DNA of 53,173 nucleotides, from positions 1 to 53,173 of the IMG/VR virus record IMGVR_UViG_3300015024_000005; one strand, given 5' to 3'. Made by a program: the position numbers and the translations under genes. The stretch is from a virus (taxonomy: Duplodnaviria; Caudoviricetes). The notes under the pieces were generated by a model, which saw only the letters and a list, made by a program, of their open reading frames with translations, made no database searches and was not told the origin of the DNA. Each line of letters starts with the position of its first letter. The first letter of the stretch is position 1. Positions 9,483 to 18,829 of this stretch are shown one piece after another.

Positions 9483-9512
9483 AAAGCCTCCAAAAATACC
9501 TAAATTGGTATC

Positions 9513-9533
9513 ATAGAAGGCTATTCGTTCATT
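9513..9533 (-). promoter_or_regulatory. 21-bp repeat, copy 1 (putative late promoter)
   Basis: AATGAACGAATAGCCTTCTAT, identical in four places, each upstream of a structural operon. Confidence 0.75.
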
Positions 9534-10959
9534 ATTCTTCGCCTTTCATCCATTTATCGAACTCAGCTTCTTTGGTATACCCTTCTAATTCAGCTTCAAA
9601 CATGGTATCGTGCTGAGCGTCTGCCCATTCCTTAGTGCCCCACTTCGGTTTAGCTGCTTCTTCCTTGTGTGTATAGGCATAGGACTCTTTAAAGGCATAT
9701 AGGACAGCGTCAATGATGTCACTGTGTGGTTTCTTCTTAATCACTATCTTATTAGGGGTAGACTTATCCCAATCAATTTGGACGATATACGAGTCTTGAG
9801 CAAACCTTGAGTTTTCAAATGCTTTAAACTTACCTAACCGCATAGCATCATTAAGTAATTCAACATTTGTTTGTTTCTTAGCTTTATCTGCAGCTTCTAA
9901 TGGCACTCCAAACCGTTGTCTAAGGTCTTCAGCTACCTTCTTACCTAAAGCACCTTCGTCCATAATGATCTTATAGGCATTGTATTTCTTCTGCATTGTC
10001 TCAATCTGAGTGGTTAGTGCTGATATACCTTGCTTAGATTTAATGCTCTCTTCTACCAGGTACGTTGTAGGGCACGTTTCAGACCAAGCTAACACAGCAA
10101 TAGCATCTGCATCGTTAAATCCAATATCTACACCTAGTATGTAATTCCATTTATGATTTACTGGTAACTCATTGTAATCATTAGTATTTTTAGAATATCT
10201 GATCCATAATGATTGAGCATCTAATACCCACTTGTTACGATATTCTCGTAGTAATGTTGGGTTATCGTGCTGCCATTCTCTTTTTTTAATCAACTCAGCT
10301 ATAAACAGCTCTGGGTTTGGCATATATGGATTATCTAGTAAAGTCCATTCGTGATGAGAATACCCATATTTATGGTTATTTGTAACGTCAAAGAAATAAC
10401 CTTGTGGAACTGGCCCTGGAGTACCTGTTAAAGCAAGCCAGCCATCTGCATAGTCTGAGATAGAAGGTGTTAATACGTCGTCTACCAAGGATTGTAAATG
10501 CACTCCAAAATCTTGTGCTTCGTCAATCCCTACACCTGGGTACTTACGTCCTTTTAGACGTTTAATGAAGTTCTTCATATCTGCCCCAAATAGCTTAAGA
10601 TTAGAGCCGTTTGGATGTTTCATTGTTAATTTAGATTCTAGAAAAGTACAGCCTATTTTATACTTGTCGTTAATTTCTTGTAATACTGGCCAGAGGATCT
10701 CTCTAGCTGAGTCTAAGGTTAGTCCTAGGTATATACACTGGCTCTTTGGGTACTTCTCTAGTGTTCTAAAAAACCTTAATGCTAGCCCATTAGTCTTACC
10801 TGCCCGACGTGAGCACTGAGCATCTATGAATCTAGCCGTATCCTCTACAAAAGCGTTTTGCTGTGGAAAGTCACCACTTAGTTCAACTGAATTGGTAGGT
10901 GCTTGCGACTTCCTAGATAACGCTTCTACTAATAGGCCAGACTTACTTACTAAGCTCAT
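9532..10959 (-). CDS. terL: Terminase large subunit
   Basis: Walker A CSRRAGKT, Walker B VGIDEAQ, motif C LTGTP, nuclease ILGVDIG...HSDIIDA. Confidence 0.95.
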   Translation of the reverse strand: MSLVSKSGLLVEALSRKSQAPTNSVELSGDFPQQNAFVEDTARFIDAQCSRRAGKTNGLALRFFRTLEKYPKSQCIYLGLTLDSAREILWPVLQEINDKYKIGCTFLESKLTMKHPNGSNLKLFGADMKNFIKRLKGRKYPGVGIDEAQDFGVHLQSLVDDVLTPSISDYADGWLALTGTPGPVPQGYFFDVTNNHKYGYSHHEWTLLDNPYMPNPELFIAELIKKREWQHDNPTLLREYRNKWVLDAQSLWIRYSKNTNDYNELPVNHKWNYILGVDIGFNDADAIAVLAWSETCPTTYLVEESIKSKQGISALTTQIETMQKKYNAYKIIMDEGALGKKVAEDLRQRFGVPLEAADKAKKQTNVELLNDAMRLGKFKAFENSRFAQDSYIVQIDWDKSTPNKIVIKKKPHSDIIDAVLYAFKESYAYTHKEEAAKPKWGTKEWADAQHDTMFEAELEGYTKEAEFDKWMKGEE

Positions 10960-11209
10960 TCTTAGCGCCTTCTGCTACCATTTTCTCCATTAGCTCTTTA
11001 GCATTCTTTTGAACTAATAACATATATTCTTTAACTTCTTCTACTGTTTGAAAATACTTATAACTAGATGATTCTGGGTTAGCCTCAACTTCACCTCTGG
11101 TCTTCTTAACGCCTTTTTGTACTAAATTCTTACGGTACCAATTAGTCTTACCAAAGATTGCTTTTGATAGTTCTTCTAGTTCTTTACGCTCTTCTCGATT
11201 AATATACAT
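10943..11209 (-). CDS. Hypothetical protein
   Basis: 88-aa ORF coupled to both neighbours. Confidence 0.7.
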   Translation of the reverse strand: MYINREERKELEELSKAIFGKTNWYRKNLVQKGVKKTRGEVEANPESSSYKYFQTVEEVKEYMLLVQKNAKELMEKMVAEGAKNELSK

Positions 11210-11523
11210 TATTCATCCTGGGTTAGTGTTTTACGAGCTTCTAGCATCTCATTGATCTGCTCGTCTGTAAGTCCTTTTAACGACTCACCTTCTCGGTCTT
11301 TTAACTCAAATAATAGCTTTAAATTGTCTCTTAAATCTCTAGCACTAGGGGCATCTAGCTTGCCTTTAGCTGATAGTATTAACAAGTTCTTAACTTCACG
11401 ATATAAGACTGATAAGCTATCGTCTATTAGTCTCTGTATTGATATCTCAGAAATTAAAGGAGCCTCAATTTGAGGCCCTTTTAAACTTGATAAGTCTGTA
11501 GTTAATTTACTATAGCGTTTCAT
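11209..11523 (-). CDS. Hypothetical protein, candidate terminase small subunit
   Basis: Helical, two genes upstream of terL; C-terminal LTDEQINEML resembles TerS tails. Confidence 0.45.
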   Translation of the reverse strand: MKRYSKLTTDLSSLKGPQIEAPLISEISIQRLIDDSLSVLYREVKNLLILSAKGKLDAPSARDLRDNLKLLFELKDREGESLKGLTDEQINEMLEARKTLTQDE

Positions 11524-11774
11524 TACTTAGTCTTTAAAGTTACTTGTTCTACTGGCTTAGAAGCTGCCTTCATTACCTCAATGTTTGACGCTGGTGTAAT
11601 CACTTCCTCACCTTTTAGTGTAGTAATGAACAATAAGCCATCTTCTAATTGCATTGATTTAATCTTACTGCCTGGAGCGCCAATAGACAATGTTGGTCCA
11701 ATAGATCCGCCAAACTCACCTGCTACAAAGATAGGACCTGTTAGTTTTGCGTATGTAATAACACGATTAGACAC
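11523..11774 (-). CDS. Hypothetical beta-rich protein
   Basis: 83 aa, GTG start, coupled in the operon. Confidence 0.65.
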   Translation of the reverse strand: MSNRVITYAKLTGPIFVAGEFGGSIGPTLSIGAPGSKIKSMQLEDGLLFITTLKGEEVITPASNIEVMKAASKPVEQVTLKTK

Positions 11775-12015
11775 TAGGGGCCGCCTGTTCTTCTTGCTTA
11801 GGTGTTTCTTTATCTAACTGGTTACGAGCTGCAGCTTCTTTATTAACGTCTTCTAGTAATTCATTTAAAGTTTCTAAATCTTTAGTTAATACATAGATTT
11901 GATACTGTACTTGACCTGCATTAAAAGCTTTTTCTTGATAGTCTTTTTGAATATCAATTAATTGCCTAGGTGTAACAGATTTAGGTTTTGCTGGGCGCGA
12001 TGACTTTGCTGACAT
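11767..12015 (-). CDS. Coiled-coil hypothetical protein
   Basis: AAGGAG RBS; heptad pattern. Confidence 0.7.
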   Translation of the reverse strand: MSAKSSRPAKPKSVTPRQLIDIQKDYQEKAFNAGQVQYQIYVLTKDLETLNELLEDVNKEAAARNQLDKETPKQEEQAAPSV

Positions 12016-12030
12016 TGTTTTATCTCCTTG

Positions 12031-12381
12031 TTATAATTTGAACGGGTTAAATATACACCCATTAAATTTAGTTATTAATTTCTTACCTAATTCAGTTAAG
12101 TGGCTAACTGCGCTAGGGTATTGCGGTAATAGTGACCTTGCTATACCTTTTAGTCTCCAATTTGCTTTGACGTAAACAAAATGAATGGTCTGATAGTCGT
12201 TACTTAAAATGCTATATCCGATAATAACGTCTTCTTCGTCCTTTAAGCAAGCTACTTTTATGGTAGCTCGTGTCACTAATGCTTCAGCTACTAACTTATA
12301 ATTGTCCATAAAAATCTGTTTAGGTATTAAACTAAACCATGAATCACCATAGTATAGCCCTCTAAGAAAAGTAGCTAACAC
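12031..12381 (-). CDS. GNAT-family acetyltransferase (true start probably further upstream, near 12438)
   Basis: IIGYSI, IHFVYVKANWRLKGIARSLL acetyl-CoA motif A; frame is open upstream (KFIGLYTVRDFKVEDTNFV). Confidence 0.75.
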   Translation of the reverse strand: MLATFLRGLYYGDSWFSLIPKQIFMDNYKLVAEALVTRATIKVACLKDEEDVIIGYSILSNDYQTIHFVYVKANWRLKGIARSLLPQYPSAVSHLTELGKKLITKFNGCIFNPFKL

Positions 12382-12434
12382 AAAATTAGTGTCCTCTACT
12401 TTGAAGTCTCTTACTGTATATAATCCTATAAACT

Positions 12435-12800
12435 TTACGGGCTTAAGTACTTCAACTTCATTATTACTATCAACTTGATTATAATTTTCGATACTGTCAC
12501 ATACTTTCTTTTTTTAATGCCACTTTTAATTAATACGTTTGAAATTTCTTTTAGTGATAAACCTTCTGCATGATATGCCCAAATTGTTTTATCTACTTCA
12601 TTGTCAAACTTATAATCATTTAGTAAAGCCATTGCCATCGAATAATAATGCTGTATAACTTCAATCTCAATCGGTTCTTTTTTGTTTTTAGTATAACTTC
12701 TGTCTAAAAGTCCAGACTCGTGCTCTATGTCTTTAAAACCATCATCTTTAAGCTTATCGTACCAATGCTTTTGTAATTTACTAAACTTGGATTGGTTCAT
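12435..12800 (-). CDS. Sigma70 region-4-like HTH protein, candidate late transcription regulator
   Basis: DKTIWAYHAEGLSLKEISNVL...VSKII HTH pattern. Confidence 0.65.
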   Translation of the reverse strand: MNQSKFSKLQKHWYDKLKDDGFKDIEHESGLLDRSYTKNKKEPIEIEVIQHYYSMAMALLNDYKFDNEVDKTIWAYHAEGLSLKEISNVLIKSGIKKRKYVTVSKIIIKLIVIMKLKYLSP

Positions 12801-13146
12801 GGCTAGCTACTGCATCGGGTGACGTAGTAACTTCTACTGGTTTATTAGCTTCTTCAGCTTGCTTTTTAATAAGCTCTTCTTGACGTGCTTTACAATCTTG
12901 CATAATAGCTTGAGCAATCTGAGACGCTGCTCCTTTTAATAAGATATTACCGAAGTAAGCTTTAGGCTTAGAACCTTCATCTGACTTCAAATGTAATATA
13001 GCTACTGCAATGGCAAATTTAACGCTATCGTTATTGGGCATTTCATATGTGTCAATAATATCGTTAGCCCATGTCTCAAACTCAGTCATGCCTTGTGGAA
13101 GCTTAGTTGGTATATGGTTTAGTAAACGCTTAATAGCTCTATTCAT
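12781..13146 (-). CDS. Hypothetical protein
   Basis: 121 aa with AAGGAG RBS. Confidence 0.75.
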   Translation of the reverse strand: MNRAIKRLLNHIPTKLPQGMTEFETWANDIIDTYEMPNNDSVKFAIAVAILHLKSDEGSKPKAYFGNILLKGAASQIAQAIMQDCKARQEELIKKQAEEANKPVEVTTSPDAVASHEPIQV

Positions 13147-13166
13147 GGTGTAATCTCCTTATACAC

Positions 13167-13195
13167 ACTATGTCTTATTATAATGCACCTGTCAA
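13167..13195 (-). promoter_or_regulatory. Possible sigma70 promoter of the regulator-terminase operon
   Basis: TTGACA-17 nt-CATAGT. Confidence 0.45.
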
Positions 13196-13204
13196 GCTTT
13201 TTGT

Positions 13205-15268
13205 TTACACTTCTGCTAAATTCTTTCCTATCTTTGGTATAGCTTCCAATGGAACACCTGGTAGTATAGTTGTGTTTTCCATAGCATCTTGTAATAGCAG
13301 GCTAACTGTCTCTGCATCTGTCTCATTACACTCTACTATAAGGGAGTCGTGTACCTGGGCTACAAAGTTAGCTGAAATACCAGCTTGTTTTATGTGTTCA
13401 TTAAACCTAATAGCTGCTCTATTAACGATATTAGCCGCCGTTCCTTGAATCTTATGATTAACAGCTAAATTTAAAAACCCTCTGGCCTCGTAAGGAAGGT
13501 CTGCGTGAGCTTTTTTACCATAAATACGATCAATAGCTTTAGCCTCTGGTATTCGTCGAACGCGCCCATATAGACTAGTGACGTAGCCTTTAGATTTAGC
13601 CTCTGCGTGGCTGTCTAGCATCATTTGTGCTACTCCAGGAAAGGCGTGAAAATACGAGTCGATGTCTTCCTGAGTATCTTCCTTGCTCTTCTTAGTAGTC
13701 TTAGCCAGCTGACTAGCTGAGGCACCATACGTGCTAGCTAATGCTATTACTTTTGATAGATCCCTTAGATTAGGATACTTGACTCCAAAAGCTTCGGGAC
13801 TTCCTTCCTTCTTAGGGGTGCAGTCTGTTTTACCATAGACTCGCATCCCAATTACTGAGTAAAAGTCGTCCGTACCATTAAAAGCAGTCATTAAATTCTT
13901 ATCTTGACTCATGTAAGCAAATACTCTAGGCTCTAGCTGAGAATAATCCGCCCCTACAAACACTTTACCCGGTCTAGAAACAATACACTGTTTGACTCGC
14001 TTATCTTTACGAGGTAGATTTTGAAAATTAGGGTTAGAACTAGAGTACCTGCCTGAAGACGTGCCGATCTGCTTAAAACTGGGCTGTATAATGCCATATC
14101 TTAACTTTTCCTCAATTCCCTCTACATAAGTATTAAGGATTTTAATCTTTTGCTGGTATTCTAGCAGTTTGGCTATCCATTTGTACTTATGAGCTATCTT
14201 TCCGAGTGTCTCTTTGTCGCAAGCTAAATATCCCCATGGCTCTTTTATCTTCTTTTTCTCTGTATATAAAGTTCCTGCCTGGGCTATGCATTCTTTTATA
14301 AATTTATCTTTATCCGATACCTTATAGGGAAGTTTGCCTATAAGGTAATTACAGACTACCTTACCTTCCTTGGTAAGTGTCGAAAACTCTAAACCAAGCT
14401 CTCCAAATATAAGCCAAGATAGCTGACTAGAAGAGCCAATGTTAAATACGTTTTTTTTCTTGTCCCCAGGGTATTTTACTTTAATATAACTATCAATCTC
14501 ATGGTATATATATGCTTTGGCTTCTTCACACTCTGCTTGTAAAGTCTTTTTTAAAGAAGTTAAAGATTTAATATCTACTTTAAGACCTACTGTATTTAGC
14601 TGGTATGTTGGTCCTTTAAGAAGTGGCATAGATTCTTCCTCATAAAAGAATTTATCTAAACCTTGCTCATATAATTGAGGCACTAGCTCCATAAATAGCT
14701 TATATGTTAATAATGCGTCTTTAGCTCCATACTTGCCAAGTAGACTGCTGTCTGCTTTGTACATCTCATAAAGAGACTTGGTTAAAGATCCCTCATTGTC
14801 TGCTACGCTCTGTTTCATCTCAGACTGCTCTGCTGCTGAATCCTCGCCAAACATACTGACTGACAGATCTTTTAGACCAACTCGTCTATTCTCATCCAAT
14901 AGATGCGCTAAAACTACTGTGTCTGTATGGATAGACTCGATCAAACTTACTTTAAAATAAGCCTGTACCATCATACAATCATAGACAGCGTTGTGCATTA
15001 TAAGCTGCTTACCTTTTAAGCTTTTAATTAGATCTATTGATGGTTCTTTTGTGCCTGTGTAGTCAAGTTTTTTAGTCTCTTTGTTCCATTTAGATATAAC
15101 AACATAATAGGCTTTGTTTTCTTCTGCACATACCGAATATCCTACAATCTCGTCTGTGGAAGATAGTCCCGTAGTCTCTGTATCAAAGGCTATTAAATCT
15201 TTGTCTTTTAAATAGTGCTTTAAATCGCTAATGCTTTGCGGAGTGTCCAATACTATCAACTGTGTCAT
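13205..15268 (-). CDS. polA: Family A DNA polymerase with 3'-5' exonuclease
   Basis: Exo I DTETTG, Exo II HNAVYD, Exo III YGAKDA; motif A DYSQLEPR, motif B RDLSKVIALASTYG, motif C QVHDS. Confidence 0.95.
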   Translation of the reverse strand: MTQLIVLDTPQSISDLKHYLKDKDLIAFDTETTGLSSTDEIVGYSVCAEENKAYYVVISKWNKETKKLDYTGTKEPSIDLIKSLKGKQLIMHNAVYDCMMVQAYFKVSLIESIHTDTVVLAHLLDENRRVGLKDLSVSMFGEDSAAEQSEMKQSVADNEGSLTKSLYEMYKADSSLLGKYGAKDALLTYKLFMELVPQLYEQGLDKFFYEEESMPLLKGPTYQLNTVGLKVDIKSLTSLKKTLQAECEEAKAYIYHEIDSYIKVKYPGDKKKNVFNIGSSSQLSWLIFGELGLEFSTLTKEGKVVCNYLIGKLPYKVSDKDKFIKECIAQAGTLYTEKKKIKEPWGYLACDKETLGKIAHKYKWIAKLLEYQQKIKILNTYVEGIEEKLRYGIIQPSFKQIGTSSGRYSSSNPNFQNLPRKDKRVKQCIVSRPGKVFVGADYSQLEPRVFAYMSQDKNLMTAFNGTDDFYSVIGMRVYGKTDCTPKKEGSPEAFGVKYPNLRDLSKVIALASTYGASASQLAKTTKKSKEDTQEDIDSYFHAFPGVAQMMLDSHAEAKSKGYVTSLYGRVRRIPEAKAIDRIYGKKAHADLPYEARGFLNLAVNHKIQGTAANIVNRAAIRFNEHIKQAGISANFVAQVHDSLIVECNETDAETVSLLLQDAMENTTILPGVPLEAIPKIGKNLAEV

Positions 15269-17087
15269 TGGATTGTTCTCCTTCCAAAAAATATGCTGAT
15301 TTATATGGTATAATCTCAGTTTTTCTATCCGCGCTACGCTTTTTAATTGCTTGAGTTAAAAAATAATCAAAAGACTTTTTATTCTCTTCTGTCATCTGTT
15401 TGACTAATTCGGTTTCTGTGTCGAAAAATAAAGTATAGCACTCATCCTCTTTAATTGCATCTTTTAATTGATTTTTATGTCGTATTTTACAAAACTTATA
15501 AGCTATTACCGTAGGTGCCCCAGAAGAGTACATACGCTTTACTGGCTGCCACATAGTTACCAAGTAGTCTACGAAGTGCTCAAACGAGCTTGTATCAATA
15601 GCGGCGTCTTTGTTTAATTCTAAATCCCCTACGCCTGCTTTTTCTCTAGATGTTTGAGACTGCATAATAAGGAAAGTATTAGTTTTAACAGCAAAGGACT
15701 TCATAGCCTTAGAAATATGCTTTTTACCTTCGGCTATTCCTAACTTATTGTCGTTTTTTAATACTCCAATATGATCTATTACTACGCATCCGATCTTTTT
15801 TTCGGTTTTCTTCTGGAACCTTATAATATAGTCCTGAATTTCAGTTAAAGATAAATCCCTAAAATCACCATTCTTGTCATAGTTTGATATGATATGAACT
15901 TTGCTATATAAAGCCTTATTGTCTCCACACATTTTCTGCCATCTCATAGCTATTTCACGTCCAGGCTGCTCTAGGGGTACGAAGAAGTGATCATACCCTG
16001 GATTACTCGCTACAAAGCCTTTAAACATGTTTAATGCTAGTGCTGTTTTACCTACTCCAGATCCAGCTACAAGACCTAGCACCTGGCCTAAGCGAAAGCC
16101 TGCGTGAGTATTATCTATCCAAAGGTGACAAGGAAACCTCTCCCCTTCAATATTGTCTTCAGAATTAAGCATCTCTTCTACAGTAGAAGATAATAATAAT
16201 TCATCTAAACTTAGGTCAAACGTCCATATTTTATTAACAATGTTTTCTGCGTATCCTAATCTATGAACTGGAGAGCGTTGCGAAGCTTTAGCTGTGTTCA
16301 CTAACACGCTCATGGCTTCTTCTCTAGAAAAACCTTCTAATAGTAGTACATTAGCCAGTCTGTAATCTCCGCCCGATCTATCATCGGATTGGGCTGCGTA
16401 AAGACGCTTGACTTCAGGGTTAGATAGCAGTAGCTTGCCAAATTTGATAGGTAAGGCTTCGTCCAAAGCTATGGTATTTTGATTAAGACCGTGAGTTTTA
16501 TCATAATGCTGCTGGCAATAAGTTTCGTCTTCTGCTGTTATTGCAGGAAGTAGTTTATCCAGCTCTTCTGAAGTATATTCTATGTCTTGTTCTAGTAAAA
16601 GCTCACATTTGACGTGTTTATGCTCGTATTTTGTATTGATAGTTCCCGGAACCCTCATTAATTGGAATATTTGACCTACTGCCGGGTCTGTTTTAAATAG
16701 ACTCACAAGGCGTCTCTGGAACCTTAAATAGCTCATTGAGTCCAGGTCGGACACCTTCCAGTAGACATGAATGCCGTTGCCTGAATCTACTACCCTAGTT
16801 GGAGGTATGTCGGCTACAGCTACGGCCTCTAAAAAAGAGTCTTTATCTTTATATATCTGATCTTTAATGTCACAATCAACAAAAACGTAATTAAACTGAT
16901 CTATCATCGAACCATCAACAGGTGTCCCAGGGTGATATTCTTTAGGATGATTTGGAAGATAGTAAATATTGTATAGTTGTTTGTTATATTTCTTTATCTC
17001 TGCATCTGTAAATTGACCTTCTAAAACACGTTTCATAGAAGAATTTTTACCTAAAACGTATTGTGGAGCAATTAATCTATATATCAT
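15228..17087 (-). CDS. Primase-helicase (RepB/AEP-type primase fused to DnaB-like SF4 helicase)
   Basis: FVDCD, DSGNGIHVYW, MRVPGTINTK; AGSGVGKT, VVIDHIG, SQTSR. Confidence 0.85.
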   Translation of the reverse strand: MIYRLIAPQYVLGKNSSMKRVLEGQFTDAEIKKYNKQLYNIYYLPNHPKEYHPGTPVDGSMIDQFNYVFVDCDIKDQIYKDKDSFLEAVAVADIPPTRVVDSGNGIHVYWKVSDLDSMSYLRFQRRLVSLFKTDPAVGQIFQLMRVPGTINTKYEHKHVKCELLLEQDIEYTSEELDKLLPAITAEDETYCQQHYDKTHGLNQNTIALDEALPIKFGKLLLSNPEVKRLYAAQSDDRSGGDYRLANVLLLEGFSREEAMSVLVNTAKASQRSPVHRLGYAENIVNKIWTFDLSLDELLLSSTVEEMLNSEDNIEGERFPCHLWIDNTHAGFRLGQVLGLVAGSGVGKTALALNMFKGFVASNPGYDHFFVPLEQPGREIAMRWQKMCGDNKALYSKVHIISNYDKNGDFRDLSLTEIQDYIIRFQKKTEKKIGCVVIDHIGVLKNDNKLGIAEGKKHISKAMKSFAVKTNTFLIMQSQTSREKAGVGDLELNKDAAIDTSSFEHFVDYLVTMWQPVKRMYSSGAPTVIAYKFCKIRHKNQLKDAIKEDECYTLFFDTETELVKQMTEENKKSFDYFLTQAIKKRSADRKTEIIPYKSAYFLEGEQSNDTVDSIGHSAKH

Positions 17088-17111
17088 ATATTATATCCCC
17101 AAATTAAAAAT

Positions 17112-17251
17112 AGACAGGCACTTATGGCTCGAAATAGAATTTAGTGCGGTTTTGTCCTAGGTGGACACAGAGACACAATTCTATCCCTCAGATCCTTACA
17201 ATCCTACATTAAGTCTTTAGCAATGCGTCAAAACTCCCTAAATGCCCATCT
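17112..17251 (-). ncRNA. Putative structured RNA (multi-stem, G-U rich)
   Basis: 13-bp closing helix AGAUGGGCAUUUA/UAAGUGCCUGUCU; 11-bp GGGAUAGAAUU/AAUUCUAUUUC with nested GUGU/GCAC and UGUCC/GGACA. Confidence 0.55.
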
Positions 17252-17252
17252 C

Positions 17253-17302
17253 AAAAATAAAAAAATAGCCGCCTAGCAACCACCACAGAAAACTAGACGG
17301 CC
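17253..17302 (-). terminator. Rho-independent terminator after ssb
   Basis: GGCCGTCTAG...CTAGGCGGCT followed by ATTTTTTT. Confidence 0.7.
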
Positions 17303-17311
17303 TACCTTTAA

Positions 17312-17857
17312 TTACTTGCGATTTGTAGAGCCTTTATTACTTTTAAGTAATGCATCTACCTTTGCTTTACGCTCTGCTGCTGCTAAAGCTGCTTGCTGCT
17401 CTGCTTCTTCTTCTTCATAGTTATTCTCGGGGATATCCTCGTTTGATTCATACTCATCGTTATTGCTGCTAGCCTCGGTTTTATAAGAATTAGTCTTTGG
17501 GGCTGCTGAAGAAACCTCAATGGTGTTGTCTGCATCAACCTCAACTTTAAACTTATACATCTCACCATTTGGTGTAGCTACCATTTTATCAAAAGAAGCT
17601 CGTACCATATGACCGGGCTGTACGGATTCCATTTTACGGTCTAGGTCTGTCTTACCCCAAACTCCAATATTACCCTTAGAGGTCTGTAGAGTGTAAATAA
17701 AAGCATATCCACTCTTAGCTTTCTTGCTCTCAACCTTTCTTGCTCCTAAAAAGTAGCCTTCGACGCTAGTAGGATTGTTCTTACCAGTCTTCTTGTTGAA
17801 GCCTCCTAGTGAAATTGTTGTGTCTGTGCTTAAATCGGTTACAGCTTTAAAAGCCAT
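17312..17857 (-). CDS. Single-stranded DNA-binding protein (putative)
   Basis: OB-like beta core plus long acidic tail; adjacent to primase-helicase. Confidence 0.65.
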   Translation of the reverse strand: MAFKAVTDLSTDTTISLGGFNKKTGKNNPTSVEGYFLGARKVESKKAKSGYAFIYTLQTSKGNIGVWGKTDLDRKMESVQPGHMVRASFDKMVATPNGEMYKFKVEVDADNTIEVSSAAPKTNSYKTEASSNNDEYESNEDIPENNYEEEEAEQQAALAAAERKAKVDALLKSNKGSTNRK

Positions 17858-17872
17858 AGTGTTCTCCTTCGG

Positions 17873-18079
17873 TTAGTTTAACTTAGATCCGCGTGATTGC
17901 AGAGCAGTTATAAAATCTTTTAAATTCTCATTAGCTTCTGAAAACTTCAACAAAGAATTGATAGTCTCATCACTAATATACCTATCTTCTGACTTAATAT
18001 CAGTAACTAAATTCTCTACCAAATCAGCAATAGAATCCATGAATTTGTCTAAACTGTCAAGTCCTATTTGTTCGTTCAT
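17873..18079 (-). CDS. Hypothetical protein
   Basis: 68-aa helical ORF, TAATG coupling. Confidence 0.65.
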   Translation of the reverse strand: MNEQIGLDSLDKFMDSIADLVENLVTDIKSEDRYISDETINSLLKFSEANENLKDFITALQSRGSKLN

Positions 18080-18405
18080 TATTTATTCCCTTCTCCGTTA
18101 TATCTATCATCTTTTAAAGTACCTAATTCTTTTTGTCTTAATATCATAGAAATACAAGCTTTTACAGCCCCTAAGTGATGTTGCCCGTCGATAAGGTCGT
18201 GTTCCTCACCTTGAAACCAAGCTAATAAATGTCTTTGTGCTGCTGCTACTAGCTGGCTAGCTTTATGCCCTTTACAATAATTGTATCTACCATATTTCTT
18301 CTCGCCTACCATAAATGCCCTAGCTTCTTCTAATTGAGCTATTAATGGTATTAACGATAAATCAGCTTTTTCTTGATCATTCTTAGATGCTTTACCATCT
18401 GACAT
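18079..18405 (-). CDS. DUF5664 / dATP-dGTP diphosphohydrolase N-terminal-like protein
   Basis: KNDQEKADLSLIP, GEKKYGRYNYCKG, AAQRHL, GEEHD...HHLGAV. Confidence 0.8.
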   Translation of the reverse strand: MSDGKASKNDQEKADLSLIPLIAQLEEARAFMVGEKKYGRYNYCKGHKASQLVAAAQRHLLAWFQGEEHDLIDGQHHLGAVKACISMILRQKELGTLKDDRYNGEGNK

Positions 18406-18782
18406 TATTTATTATCTCCCCATTGTTTGTTAACTTTATCAGAATAAATAGAACGAGTCAACTTATTAGAGTTACCTCTGTTATAAGCTACAATACCCTT
18501 ATTTATATCATTATACCTTAAAATCTGCTTTTGTAAATACTTACCTGCATAATAAATATTTATTTTTGGATTCATTAATTGTTCTACCGTACCTTTAAAA
18601 CCTAAATATTTAGCTGTCTCTAGCTTAACCTGGCATACACCGTAAGAATGAGAACTGCCATCGTCTATATGCACTACAGAAGCTATATGTCTTGTTTCTA
18701 CAAAACATAGTGATGATAGTAATCCATTTGGTAAGTTAAATTGTATGCTAGTTGTTATAAATAAGGCAGCTAGTATTGTCAT
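18405..18782 (-). CDS. SLT-type lytic transglycosylase
   Basis: Catalytic Glu in FVET, SYGVCQVK, LMNPKINIYYAGKYL, AYNRG. Confidence 0.85.
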   Translation of the reverse strand: MTILAALFITTSIQFNLPNGLLSSLCFVETRHIASVVHIDDGSSHSYGVCQVKLETAKYLGFKGTVEQLMNPKINIYYAGKYLQKQILRYNDINKGIVAYNRGNSNKLTRSIYSDKVNKQWGDNK

Positions 18783-18790
18783 ATAACAAT

Positions 18791-18819
18791 ATACTAATTG
18801 CTATTACGCTAAAAGTCAA
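18791..18819 (-). promoter_or_regulatory. Sigma70 promoter giving a near-leaderless transcript of the transglycosylase
   Basis: TTGACT-17 nt-TAGTAT, ATG 8 nt after the -10 box, no RBS. Confidence 0.55.
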
Positions 18820-18829
18820 CGATTAAAGC

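Noticed and set aside
17112-17251. c-di-GMP-I riboswitch, hammerhead ribozyme or tRNA
   Set aside because: GGCA and GACGCA fragments exist, but the GAAA tetraloop arm, the CUGANGA/GAAA core and the cloverleaf T-loop are absent
18071-18081. Fifth copy of the repeat (TAATGAACGAA)
   Set aside because: Only 11 nt match, and it is the coupled start of the MNEQ ORF; the TAGCCTTCTAT half is missing
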